A stretch of DNA of 64,000 nucleotides from Cyanophora paradoxa CCMP329 (lineage: Eukaryota > Plantae > Glaucophyta): positions 310,001-374,000 of the forward strand of contig QPMI01000038.1 in NCBI GenBank assembly GCA_004431415.1. Direction: 5' to 3'. The position numbers and the translations under genes were made by a program. Each line of letters opens with the position of its first letter. Position 1 is the first letter of the stretch. Under the pieces are notes generated by a model. It made no database searches, was not told the DNA's origin, and was given only the letters and a program-made list of their open reading frames with translations. This document shows positions 21,001 through 33,389 of the stretch, in pieces.

Positions 21001-22949
21001 ATGGCGGACGGCGCGGCCGGTCCCGGCGGGCTGGAGGCGCTGCCGGACGCGCTGCTGGACGGCATCGTCTCGCAGCTCGGCCTCGCGTCGGCGTGGCCCC
21101 TGCGGCTGGTGTGCCACCGCCTCAAGGCTGTCGTCGAGGCGCAAGAATGGCCGGGCGTCGAGCTGCGCGCCCCGCTGCACGCCGACGGCATACGCGCTGT
21201 CGACGCCGCCGCCCGGCTTGTAGCGGGCGGGGCGCTCCGCCTGCGGCGCGGCTCGGAGGCGCGCGTGGCGTTCCTTCCGGTCGCAGGCCGCCCGCCGCTC
21301 GCGGTGGCGAGCGCCGAGCGGCAGCGCGACCTCGCCGCTCTGAACGCGGCGTGCGCGCTCCTCGCCGCCGCCGCGCCCCGCCTCGCCGCCGCCTCCGTCG
21401 GCTTCCCGCACTCCGCTGCGGCCGTGAGCCTCGCGGAGCTCCTGCGGTACCCGATCGCCGCGCTCGACGGGGCGGGGCTCCTGCAGCGCCTCGCGCTCCG
21501 CTGCGAGCTGCTCCTGGGGCGGCCGCCCCCGCATCCGGACCTCGGCTCCCTGGCCGGCCTCCCGAACCTCACGTCCCTCGCCCTGCCGCCCTGCGCCCCG
21601 CTGCACGCCGCGGCGGCCGCCGCCCTCGCGGGGCGGCGCCGGCCTGCGCCGCCTGCGGGCGAGCGTCGCGGACGAGGACGCGCTGCGGGCCCTGGGCCGC
21701 GTACCCCGCCTAGAAGCCCTCCTCCTCGAGCGGCACACCGCCGTCCTGGGTCCCGCCCTGGCCGCACTCGCCCCGCTCCGCCTCTTCCAGCCCCAGAGCC
21801 CCGGGCGCGCCCCCGCGCCCCCGCGCCTCCTCCCGGGATCTGCTCACGCGTACCCCGGTTTGCGTGCGCAGGAGCTTCGCCCACGTGCTCCCGGAGGGAC
21901 TGGCCGCCCTCGCCCGCCTTCCCCTCCTCGAGGAGATCGACGGCGGCGCCCTGGCCGTGCGCGATCCCCGTACCCCCCGCCCCCCGCCATCCCCTTATCC
22001 CGCCCGCAGCCGGCGAGCGTGTGCGGCCGGCACGAATTGGCGAGCCTTGGGGCCTGCCGGGTACGCTGCGCCCCCCCCCCCCCCCCCCCCCCCCCCCCCG
22101 CCCCCCCTCCCTCCTTCCGTCACCACTGCCACACCTCACTCCCCTACCCCCCCAGACTCTCCGTGTGCTCCGCCTCCACATCCGAAACGAGTATCCCACC
22201 ATCGGCCGGTGCGTGTCCCGTACCCCGTTCCTCCAGCCCCGCCCCGAGCGGGCGGCGGCAGCGATCAGCTGTGGGGCCTGGCGGAGGCGCTGAGGGGCGG
22301 CCTCCCCGCCCTCTCCGCCCTCCACCTGGTGGTCGGGGGCGGCGCGCACGCGAACCGCGCCCCGCGCGGCCCCGCGCGGCCTCCCGCCGATACCCGGCGC
22401 AGGGGACCCGGCCTCTTCCGCAATCGACGGGACCGCCCTGGCCGAGGTCCTCGCGGCCGCCGCGGGGGTCATCCAGAGCCTCAGGTGAGCGCCTCCGCGC
22501 CCTCCTCCGGCTCTGCCGGCGACCTGTACCCCCGCAGCCTGTTCTCCGCGGGGCCGCTGGGGGTACCGGAGGCGGAGGCGATCGCGGCCTGCGGGCCGCA
22601 GCTCCGCTCCGTCGAGCTCGCCCACGGTCCGCGCACGCACGCGCCCCCCGGCCCGGCCCGGGCCCAGCCCAGCCTAGCAGGCCCGATCCGTGCGGGCGCA
22701 GGGCGGCCGTGGCAGCCCGGCTTCGCGCCCTACGAGCGGCTGGAGGGGCTCGCTGCGCGCCTGAGGGGAGGGCCCGAGCCCCTCCGGGTGGACATCGAGT
22801 GGGGCGACCACGGGCCCTTCGCCAACGACTCCGACGGGGAGGCGGAGGCGCGCCGGGGCCTCGCCGCCGCCCTCCCCGGCGCCCGCCTCGGCAGGCGGCC
22901 GCGCTCGGGCCCCGGCGCCCCCCTCGGCGGCTGGCTCGCCCCCGAGTAG
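21001..22949 (+). CDS. F-box/LRR-like protein
   Basis: F-box-like LEALPDALLDGIVSQLGLASAWPLRLVCHRLK; LRR-like LAGLPNLTSLAL, LARLPLLEEI and LPALSALHL; short introns. Confidence 0.7.
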
Positions 22950-23094
22950 CCGCTCCACGAGGCCCGCAGGCCCTCCTCCCCGCAGGCGCCCCAGCGCGAG
23001 CTAGCGCTGGCGCTGGCTATCGCTTCAAAGAACGCGGTTGCAGCGCGCTGGGAGCGGGGTGGGGCCGGCGCGGGGCGGGGCGGGGCGCCGCCCA

Positions 23095-25501
23095 CTACTT
23101 CCAGCTGTAGCGCCAGTCGCCCTCGCCGAGGCGGCAGTGCTCGGTGCGCCAGCCGGCCGCCCGCAGCGCCTCGCAGAAGCCCTCGAAGCGCCGCCCCGCG
23201 TAGTCCCGCGCCGCCTCCGTGTCCCCCTCCCTGAGCGACAAAGTCAGCCGGCAGCTCGGGCGCGGGCAGGCTGGGCGCAGCGCAGGGGCGCACGCGTGGG
23301 GGGAGAGGAAGCGGAGTGCGCAGGCGTGGAAGTAGGCGCGCAGGGGCTCCTCGGGCCCCGCCGCCGCCGAAATCAGCACGCGGGCGCGCCCCCCGGCGCA
23401 GACGACGGCGTGCTCGTCCCCGCGGGCGGCCGCCCCGTCCAGGGCCTCCCGCAGCGTGTCCCAGGGCAGCCGCCGCGTGAGCGGCAGGAGGCGCGCGCCC
23501 AAGTCCACCCCGGGCTGGGCGAGCGCCCCGCCCCGGTCGGGTCGGGCGCCCCGGCTCGGCAGGAAAGGCGTACCCCGGCGCCGAGGGACTCGAAGTAGAG
23601 TATGCGCTCGTGGCGGGCGACCTCGGCGGGGGAGGGTACGCCGGCGCCGTCCGTGCGGAAGAAGTGCCGCGCCGCCAGCGCCGCCCGCTGCCGGTTCAGC
23701 GTGTCGAACGACATCGACGTGATCGCCATGTAGTTCTGGGGTACGCGATCTCAGAGGCGGGGGGGGGGGAAGGCTGGCGGGGGTACGGACGAAGAAGAGG
23801 TGGAGGAGGGTAAAGGCGAAGAAGAGCCCCCAGGCACGCCGCTGCGGAGGGGGGTGGGGGCGGGTCAAGCGCAACGGAAGGACGCAGGGGAGAAGAAGGG
23901 GGGGGGTACCGTGGAGTTGCCGACGAGGGGGGTGACGAGCATGCCGAGGAGGAGCCCCGTGAGGCTCACCGCCGTCTCCTGCGAGTTATCCTTCGCCTGC
24001 ACGTCCTGTAGCCCCCAGCTCAGGCGAGGAACACCGTACCCCCCCTCACGAAAGCGCGCACGGCGGTGTTCCCGCGGCGGGCCTGGTGAACAACGAAGGC
24101 GGCGCGCGTGGCGCCGCCGGCGACGCCCACGACGGCGCGCGTCACGGAGCCGAGGCACGCCAGGAGCAGGAAGTACCGCGGGAACAGCGCCGAGACCATC
24201 TGGCGGGGCGAAGGGGTTGGAGGGGGTACGGGCGAGGACGCCGGAACGGGGGTACGGCGCGCGCCTCGATGGCGATGGCGGCGTCGTTTAAGACGTCCGC
24301 GGCGAAGCGCCACGCTGCGGGGGAGGGGGTACGCGTTTCGGCGGCCCGGGGCGGAGGGCGGGGCCGGCAAGCGAGCGGGGGCGGCACTCTTCGCGTTCTG
24401 GTCGAGGTTCGTGCCCTGGAGGTAGCAGAAGACGATGGTCCCGACCTTCGACGCGCCGTCCCGGATGGCCCACTGCGCCGGCGCGCCGCGTTCAGGAGAG
24501 CGGCGGCGCCGGGCGCCGGGTGCTGATACGCCGCGGCGCGACGCGCCTGCATCGCGGCGGCGGCGGGAGACGCCTCCTCGTTACCCACCCCGACCCCCTT
24601 CAAAACTGCGCGGGCGGGGGCGGGCACGGGGCTCGGCCGGCGCGCCCGAGGAGGGAGCGGCGGAGCGCCCGCGCACTCGCGAGCGTCGACAGCATGCCCG
24701 TGACCGAGCTGCACAGCTGCACTTGTTGCAGGTTGGGCTGGCTCAATGGCCGAGGAAAACAAATTACATAATTGCAGCGAACCGCTTGCAGCGAATCCCA
24801 CTTCTGGTACGTGAGGTAGTCCGCCGAGACGGACGCCGGATAGCCCTGCGCCCCGGTGAGCCCGCGTACGTCCCCGACAAGCCCAACGAGGCGCGCCCCC
24901 ATCGCCATCGGGGCGGCGCGCTGCGGGAGGGGCGAGGCGGGCCGCGGGGCCGGGGCCGGGGCCGGGGGCGCGTGGTAGGCGGGGGCGGGCGAGGGCGGGG
25001 CCGGGCGGAAGCTCTGCTGGAGGGGCGTGGAGTAGGGGTCGAGGACGGGCGGGGGCGGGGGCGGGACGAGGCGCGCCTCCGGCAGGAACGGGCAGGCTTC
25101 CGAGAAGCCCACCGCTGGTGCCGGGGGTGGCCTAGCTCTGAGGCGCCGTGCGGTCACGCCTAGTGCGCCCCCTATCATGCCCGGGACTGCCGGCAAAAAT
25201 ACTTGCGCCCAAGGCAGTCCATCAGGATCGATTCCCGTTCCTAGCCCCGGTGAGCCCGCGTACGTCCCCGACAAGCCCAACGAGGCGCGCCTCTGGCAGG
25301 AAGGCGTCGGCGAGGTAGCGCTTGAGCGCCCAGAGCGCGCTGATGTGCCGCGGGCGGGCGACGGGCTGCGGCCGCGCGTGAACGCGGGGGCGGGCGGCGG
25401 CCGACGTCTACGTCGCGCCGGCGCACCTGTATTGAGTCGCCGGGGCCGGCCTCGAACGTCGTGGTGCGCTGCCCGTTTCGGATCTCGGTAAGCTTCACCA
25501 T
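23095..25501 (-). CDS. RUS1/DUF647 (root UV-B sensitive, C16orf58-like) family protein
   Basis: Spliced motifs FLPEGYPASVSADYLTYQKWDSLQ, LKGVGVG, WRFAADVLND, VAGGATRAA, DVQAKDNSQET, LNRQR and FCEALRAAGW. Confidence 0.92.
24850..25291. repeat. 346-bp insertion flanked by a 48-bp duplication of an intron of the RUS gene
   Basis: GCCCCGGTGAGCCCGCGTACGTCCCCGACAAGCCCAACGAGGCGCGCC occurs at 24850-24897 and 25244-25291. Confidence 0.9.
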
Positions 25502-25766
25502 CTCGCCGCCACCGGCTCGGCTGGTCCTACAGGCTGCTCGCAAAGCGCACGACTGCTGACTTCAACGCAGGGAGCGCTGAGGCCAGCGCGAGTTCAAGTT
25601 TGGGGGGGTACACTCGTGTTAGCGCGCTGGAGCCACAGCGCCCTGCGGCGCGGCTGAGCACGGGCGTTGCTTAGTCGGGGTGCGGCGGCGTGCCCAGCAA
25701 CTGGGGCTCTCGGCCGCCGGCGCACCGTTCGGAGGCCTTGACATTCGAGTTGTTGGTCAATTACGA

Positions 25767-28700
25767 ATGAAGGCGGCGACTCGTCGCCCGAAGCCGCCCG
25801 GCTCCGAGCCCGGGCGGCGCTCTCGTTCGCTTCCTCTTGGGGACATTAAGGCGCATCCGCCGCCCGCGCCGCCCAAAGCGCGAGATCTGCGGGTGCCCAC
25901 TCCGGCTGCGCCCCCCCTCCGGCCGTGCCCTGACGCTTTTCCGGGCTGCAGTACCTTAAGGGTTTCTTGTTTTGGGCGCTGTTCTCGTCGATCGGCTGGC
26001 GTGCCATCCCGCAACAGTACCTTCCGCTGTTCGCCCACTCCTGCGGCTTCGGTTTCTACCTGCTGGTGAGTCTGGCGATGCTTCCCAACCCCTGGCCTCG
26101 CGATGCTTCCCAACCCCTGGCCTCGTTCATGCCCGCCGCTGCCGGCCGCCTGCCATCGAAAAGAAAGACTAGGAGGAGGTGTTGATAGCGCGATCCATGC
26201 TCCTAGCCTGCGCATATGCGAGCAGATGAGTTCGAATCTTAGATTTCTCTTGTCTGATTGCTTTCTTTCCACCGGCAGATTGTGACGAAGCAGTCGAGGT
26301 CAGCGCGCATCGCGGCCAACAATCAAATTCTTTGCGGCTGGCGACTCACATGCGTACAGATGGCTAGTCCCTCTTTTCATCGGATTCTGCAGCTTTCTTT
26401 TCACCATGTTCGCCCACCGCGGCTCGCTCTGCGCATCTTCCACCGCCGCGCTAACCGCGCGCAGGTACATGCTCGTCCCGCAAGACCTGCGCGATGTGTA
26501 CGCCACGCAGATTCTTATGGCGTCCCACGGTGCGCCGATCCTCTTCCGCGCTGTCTTCTCTGGCGCCGCAACCGCGGCCCGCCCCGCCCCGCCCCACCGG
26601 CTGACCGCCGCCCCTCCCTCCCCCGCAGGCGCCGGTTACGGAGCCATGGTCGTCGTGGCTCTCGTCGCTGTGATCCTCTCGCTTACGAACCACGCCGCGA
26701 GTGCGCGGGGGCCGCCGCGGAACCGCCGCAGAGCTGAGCGGAGCGAGCTGACGGGCGGGGGCGGCGGCGCAGCGCGGAAGAAGGTGACCAAGGAGTGGAA
26801 CGAGATCGAGCGGAAGATGAAGGACTACTGGGCGTCGTTCGACAGCTCGACCCTGGAGCGCTGGCGCTCGCTCGACCGCCCCGTCCTCGAACAGCTCTTC
26901 ACCCCGCACGCCCTCGCCGAGTTCCTCTCCTTCAGTCCGCCCCCTTTCTTCTCCTCCCTTTCTTCTCCTTCATCTTCTTGACTTGGCGCTTGCGTCTCGC
27001 GCGCGCAGTGAACGAGGGGAAGCGGGACGGGGAGGATGGCGACGAGGGCGCCGACGCTGACCGCTCGATGGGCTCCTCGGAGCGCGGCTCGTCCGTGGCG
27101 ACCGAGGAGGAGGCGGCGGCGGCGGCCGGGGGCGGGGAGGGCGGGAAGGAGTCGGAGTCGGCCCCTGCCGCGCCTCAGCAGCAGCTGGAGGAGGGCGAGG
27201 CGAAGCCCGAGGGGGAGGGCCGGGCGGAGGCGGCGGAGGCGGCGCAGCCCGAGGCCAAGGAGGAGCCCGAGCCCGCGTCGCCCGCCCCCCCGGCTCCGGC
27301 GGCGGCGGCGGCGGCGCGCTCGGTGCTCCTGCCAGTGGCGCGGGCGGCGTCGGCGGGGGCGGCCGCGGAGGGCGTGCCGACGGACTGGCGGGCCTCGGCG
27401 GCGCGGCTGGAGGCGGCGCTGGAGGGCGAGCGGCGGGCGCGGGAGGCGGCCGAGTCGGCGCGGGACCTGGCGGAGGGCCACCTCGCCTCGGAGCGGGAGC
27501 TGAGGCGGGACGCCGAGGCCGCCCGCGACTCGAGCGAGAGGGCGCTCGCCGAGGTCGCGCTGACCCGCCGGAGCTTCGCGGTCGAGACGGGCTCGACCTC
27601 GGCGCTCTCCCGCGTCGCCTCGTCCGTGTCCCTCGCCTTCAGCGAGGACGCCCACGGCGGCGGCGGCGCCGCCCTCGCCACCCCGCCCTCGTCAGCCCCG
27701 CCACCTCCTCCGCCGACCTCTTTGCGCTGTCGTCCGCGGCGGCGGCGGGGGGGGCTCCCCGCAGCCGTCGCCCCCGCAGACGGCGGCGGTGCTGCAGCGG
27801 CGGCGGGGCAAGGGCGGCGCTTCGGGCGCGGCGCAGGCGGCGCAGGCGCTGCCGGCGCTGAGTTTGGCGGGGACGACGCCCTCGACGGCGGCGCTGCTGG
27901 CGCGGCTCGCCGCGGCGGAGCGGCGGGCGGCGGAGCTCGAGGCGGCTGCGCGGCGGGACGCGGCGGCGGCGGCGGAGGACCGGGAGAGGCTGCTGGAGAG
28001 CCTGCGGACGCTCGAGACGACGCGGGCGCGCTTCGAGAAGCTGTACAAGGTGGAGCAGAAGAGCCGGCAGCGCGCGGAGCGGGAGATCGGCGAGGAGCGG
28101 GCGGAGGCCGAGCGCTGCCGCCGGCGCTGCGAGGCCGACAGCGAGCGCGTGCTGGCGCTCTACCAGGCGCGCTCCTCGGAGCTCGCGGCGGTCTCGGAGG
28201 AGGCGGCGGCGGCGCGGGCGGCGGCGGCGGCCCTCCGCTCGGAGCTCTCCGCCGCGCAGGCCGAGCTCTCGCTGGCGCAGGCCGAGGTGGAGCGGATGCG
28301 GGCCCTCCCCTCGCCCGAGGACGCCCTCGCCGAGGCGCGCGCCCGCGCCGAGGCGGCCGAGGCGCGGGCGGCCGAGCTCGAGGCGACGGCGGCGCGGCTG
28401 CGGGGCGAGCGGGAGCGGCTGCGCGGGGAGCGGGACCGGCTGCAGGGCGACGAGGCGGCGCTGGCGGGGGCGAGCCTGGAGGAGCTGGGGCGGGCGGAGG
28501 AGCAGCTGATGCGGGGCCTGGCGACGGCGCGGCGGCTGCGGGAGGCCAAGCTTGCCGAGCACTACGAGCGCATCCGGCGCGAGACCGAGGCGCTCAAGAA
28601 GGCCCGCCGCGAGGCCGACGTCTCCTGCCGCATCTGCTGCAGGTCCGCGCCCGCCGCCTCCCGGACGACTAGAGGCGAGGGAGGGCTAGAGCGGCCGCCT

Positions 28701-28960
28701 GGCGCCGTGCTCCCCGCTGCCTTTCTCGCCCTTAGACCGCGTGCCGCATTCGCCGCTGCAGCAACGAGATCAAGACGGTGCTGCTCCCGTGCGGGCACGC
28801 CTGCGTCTGCCGCGGGTGCGGCGCCCAGTGCGAGAAGTGCCCCATCTGCCGCTCCCTCATCGAGTCCCGCCACGACATTTACGTCGGGTGCGCTTTCTTT
28901 TGGGTTTCCGGGGGGGTACGCCCTCCCGCCCCTTCTGACGGATCCCCGGCCGGCAGCTGA
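25767..28960 (+). CDS. N-terminal transmembrane, coiled-coil, C-terminal RING-HC (C3HC4) E3 ligase-like protein
   Basis: Spliced RING CRICCSNEIKTVLLPCGHACVCRGCGAQCEKCPICRSLIE; long Ala/Glu/Arg coiled coil at 27400-28600; hydrophobic N-terminal exons (GYGAMVVVALVAVILSL). Confidence 0.8.
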
Positions 28961-30335
28961 TTTCAATTCTGGTCGCCGACGCCGATTTTGGCGCGTGCGC
29001 GAGGGGTTTCAAGCGCCCTCACACGATTTTGGGTCATGTCGAGCTATGAGACAGCCGTGAGAATCCGTTCCATGTGCGAACTTGTGTCGAAGACCAGTCC
29101 CCCCGCCTTTCGCCCCTCCCCTCCTCCTTTCTCCGGCATCCCCCTGTGTATAGCTATATCGCTTCCGCCCCGCCCGCATCTAGCTTCCCTAGCTTGGTCT
29201 TCGCTGTTACGTATACCTTTTCGTCAGTTCCGTTGAGGTGTTCAGGGCCCTTATCCATTTTCTTGAGTGTACCACCTTGCAGTCCGCGCCCCCCCAGAGC
29301 AGAGCAGTCAGTGTCTTTCGCCCCAGAGGCCGTGTACTTGTACCCCACCACTTCTGGGGGCCGGATCAGATCCAGAGCGACGTCAGCAGAGCGCGCGCAG
29401 AACAGATGATTTTCCTTTTCGCGAGTACTTCTAACTCAGTCGTCAGCAAGGTTTCCAATGCCAGTCTTTTTGCAAACATTACTTAGTAAGTTGCTGCGTA
29501 TTTCGCAAGCGTGTACGATAATCGAGCTCGATATCTAGATAGGATTGTGTATCGCAAATCGTTCGAAGACCAGCATTCATGTGCGGCGAAGTCCTGCGCT
29601 TGCGGTACGTGTGCTGCGGAATTCGAATGCTTCTAGATCTGCGTCTAGCGCATGCGCAGCGCCCCCGGCAGCGGGCCACGGCCCGGCGCGCGCCGAAGTC
29701 TACGTAGCTATAGTCGAATCGAATTCGAACGAGCGTCGCAGTCGTCGGAGCCGACGCTGAGGCCTAGCCTCGCCTAGGCCGCCCCAGCTGCAGGCTCCAG
29801 GCTCCAGCTGCAGGCTCCATGGCCAGCCGGCTGGCCGCCCCCTCGCGATCATCGGATCGGACGTCGACTCACCGGAGGCGCAGGCCATGCAGCCCATGCT
29901 GCCCCATGCATGGCGCCGGCCAAGGCGCGGCCCCGCCGGGCCGGGCCCCGGCGTCCGACGGTCGTGACGTGACCAGGGACCGGTACCCCGCGGCCGTATA
30001 GTTGATCAGCTTTTTTTTCACCAAGGTTCGATCATCAGCAACAGCGCAAGCTTCTGCCCTGAGCAGTACGTGCCCTCGCGATCGAGGTGCAGTCCGCGGC
30101 CGCATCAGAGCGATGTCAAGAAAACCGTTCGTCTTTGTCCAGATCCAGATTCCAGACCTCAGATCGAGAGTCTAGAAACGTATACGTACGCATACGCGAA
30201 CGCATATGCATGGCATCCGGCGGGGCGCCGTCCCCCGCGGCCGCGCGGTCGACAAATGCGTTCATGTTCGATGCGGACCCGGGAGATCTCAGTACGCTGA
30301 TCCTGCGTGCGTCCGCAGTTTCACTTGCTTCACAG

Positions 30336-31013
30336 ACGGGCAGTGCGGCCGGAACGGCGGCAAGGCCTTCCTGAACGCGGCGGTCGACGACCAAGCCTTC
30401 TACAATACGTGCGTGCAACACATCATCCGCTGCTTGCCAAGTTGCGTTTCGAAAGCGCGTCCGAGCCGCGGGGCCCGCCGCCGCGCAGCTGCGGCAAGGC
30501 GGGGGCGAAGTCTGTTCTCACCCAGTATCCCGGCCCGCCCGACGCTACGAGCCCTTCTTGCAAGCCCATCGTGAAGCTCACCTCGACCAGATGGTAAGCT
30601 AGTATACATTCCCGTTCTGGGCAGTGCGCATGCCGGGATCCGACGATCTCTCGCGCGGCCGCGGCGTGGCAGGTTCCACAACGGTCTTCGCGTTTGGCAG
30701 CTTGACTCCGAGGTGCGAGCGGGTTCCGTAGTATATATACGTGCTCTTGATCATGAATTTCTATTCGTCCTGGTCCGGTCACGGGTCCGAGTGAGGCGCG
30801 GCGCAGAGCGACGCGGTCTCCCTCGGCGAGCTGGAGTCGGCACTCGCGAGCGGGCCGGCGGGGGCCGAGCAGGAGGAGGCTGAGGCGGACCTGGCGATGG
30901 GCGGCCTGCAGCTGGCCGCGGTGGCCGACCCCGCCGACCAGGCGCTGGACCTCGGCGCCGACGCCGGGGAGGCCCTCTCTTGCGCCGACGGCGAGCTCCC
31001 GAGCCTCCTCTAG
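30336..31013 (+). CDS. Spliced 3' part of a hypothetical gene or pseudogene; start not found
   Basis: Three consecutive GT-AG introns join GQCGRNGGKAFLNAAVDDQAFYN / CGKAGAKSVLTQYPGPP...STRW / FHNGLRVWQLDSE / acidic tail ending at TAG 31011-31013. Confidence 0.4.
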
Positions 31014-31315
31014 GCGCGTGGATCGGACCGTCGACGGCTGCCGCCAGATGCAGTGCTGCAGCTGCAGCCCGACGCGTACGGCCGTGCCACGGTGGCTCGA
31101 GCTCCTGATACTTTTATAATTCGCTAAGTTAGACTGTGCATGTATACTGGAATGAATTTGAATGTAGTTTTTATTGTATATACGCGAGTGCGGATGCGCT
31201 GCCGGTCGATCGGCCGCTGCGGGGCGCGGCGCTAGCTCGAGCTCTAGGGCCCGGCGCCGGCGCTGCAGCGCTAGCTGCAGTTAGTTCAAGTACCCCCTCC
31301 CCGGAGCAGCGCGCG

Positions 31316-33100
31316 ATGGGGCGGGCTCCCAGGAAGTCTGCAAAGCGAGCGAGGACCGAGGAACCGCCGGCTGACGGTGCACGACCGAGATCGACTGCGC
31401 CGCGCTCACCTGCGCCCGAGTTCGCTGATCCGGGTGCAGCGATCGCTCCCGGGAGACGCTGCCGACAGATGGCGACGCCGCGGCAGGGCCCTCGAGCGGT
31501 GCGCTGACGTGAAAGCGCGCTCGGGCCCGGTCTCCCTTGGCCAGCGATCCCCGCGCCGCATCTCCTCGTGCGCGCGTCAGGTTACTCACAGAAGCGTCGG
31601 CAGGCGTCCAGGAGGCCGCGATCCTGGACCTGCCGGACGAGCTGCTGGCGCGCGTCCTCTTCCACGCCGCCCGGCGCGGCTGGACCTCGCGCCCCTCCTG
31701 CTGGACCTCGCGCCCCGCCTGCGGCGCGGCTGGACCTGCGCCCGGCGCGGCTGGACCTCGCGCCCCGCCTGCGGCAACCTCGCCGGTCTCTCCGACCTCG
31801 GGCAGTGCGCCCGCCTGCGCAGCCTGTACCTCGGGGTCGGCCGCCGCCTCTGGACGGAGATCTACGACCTCGACGGCCACCTCTCGCCCGTGTCGCGGCT
31901 GCGGTCGCTGGAGACGCTGGAGATCGACGTGCCCCTCCCCGTCGCCGCCCTCGAGGCCCTCGCGCCGCTCTGGTCCACCCTCCGCTCCCTCCGCTTCCTC
32001 GGCACCGTTGAATCGGCGTCGATCGGCTTCTACGTCGAGGCGGCGGCCCGCCTCAGGCACCTCGAGCGCCTCGGCCTCCTTCTCTGCGACACGGACGGCT
32101 CGCAGTACTGGCCCAGCCCGGGCGCAGGCCAGCTCGCCCCGCTCACCGCCCTCCGCAAGCTGCGAGGTCCTACACCCCCCCCCCCCCTCCTCTCCTTCTC
32201 GGCGAAGACCGACCCGCCGGCGCCCGCAGTGCTCGACCTCGGGGTCGTCTACGACTCGCTCGAGGTCCTGCGCGGCCTCCCGCCCCTCGCCCACTTCTCC
32301 GCCTACCTCGACGAGCCCGCCGCCGAGCCCTCCGCCTCCGCCATCGATACCGCCGCGTCCCTCCGTTCCCTGTGGCTCGCCTGCGACCGCCCCGCGGAGG
32401 CCGAGGGGCGCCTCCGCGTCGCCCGCCTCCTCCGGCAGACCCTCCGCCTCGCCCCCGGCCTCCAGGCGCGCGCGCCTCCAGCCTTCCCTCTTGCTTCATC
32501 CTCGCCCTGACCTCCAAGCAGGCGCTGGAGCTGATGCTGCACCCGGACTCCTTCGAGGACCTCGCCGCCGACGAGGAGCACTCGGAGGTCTTCGGGGCCC
32601 TCGCGTCGCTGGAGAAGCTGGTCCTCTCCAGCGTCGAGGGCGGGGGCGGGGGCGCCCTCCCGTGGAGCTTCCTGCAGGCGAGTACTAGTGCTCTCGTCTG
32701 GTGAGCGAGCGAATGAGTGCTGAAACGAGCGGGCGCAGAGGTTCAAGCTCTTACCGTCGCTGCGCTGCCTGAAGCTGCAGGCCCGGCTCGTCATCGTCCC
32801 CAAGGCGAAGCGCCGGTCGCGGGGCCGCGGGCGGCGGCGGGCACGAACCGGCGCAGCGGCGGCAGCTGAGCGCACGGTCACTGTGCCCGAGCTGCGGGAG
32901 GCGTTCGCGCATCTGCGCGAGCTCCGGGTGCGCATGCGGTCCTGCCAATTTCCGTGGAAATTGGCGCTCTGCTCCAAATTAAACAATGCCAACGGCTTCG
33001 CAGGTGAGGGAGGAGGCGGCGCGAGCGATGACGGAGGCGGAGCAGGGGCGGCTCAGGGAGGCCCCGCGTGGTCTACGAGGGGCTCGCCGGCGACGACTAG
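31316..33100 (+). pseudogene. F-box/LRR-like gene with a frame-disrupting repeat scar after the F-box
   Basis: ILDLPDELLARVLF is followed by tandem GCTGGACCTCGCGCCCC copies (31672-31775) and a frame change before the LRR exons (LGQCARLRSLYL, LRSLETLEI, LRHLERLGL). Confidence 0.55.
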
Positions 33101-33389
33101 CTGAAGTGATCATGATTGGAGGCCTGTACAGCGATTATCCTTCCCTTCCGTCCATATATATGGCCAGGAAAACAAGAGAGGAGGGAAGATCTAGAGGTGA
33201 GGGCAGCTGCAGCCTGCAGCCTGCACTGGCCCTGCAGCTGCGCATGCAGCTGCAGGCACCGCCACGGCGTGGCAGGTTGCAGCTGTAGCCTGTAGGCTGT
33301 AGCTACCGGCCCAGTAGTACCGGCGCGGGTAGCCGCTCCACTGGGCCAGGCCAGCTGCGGGCCCACGCGCGCGCGGCACGCACGCCACA

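Noticed and set aside
25219-25240. Similarity of the RUS insert (CCATCAGGATCGATTCCCGTTC) to Helitron internal sequence (CCCTCTGGATCAATTCCGGTAC)
   Set aside because: Only ~22 nt with several mismatches and no extension on either side; likely chance
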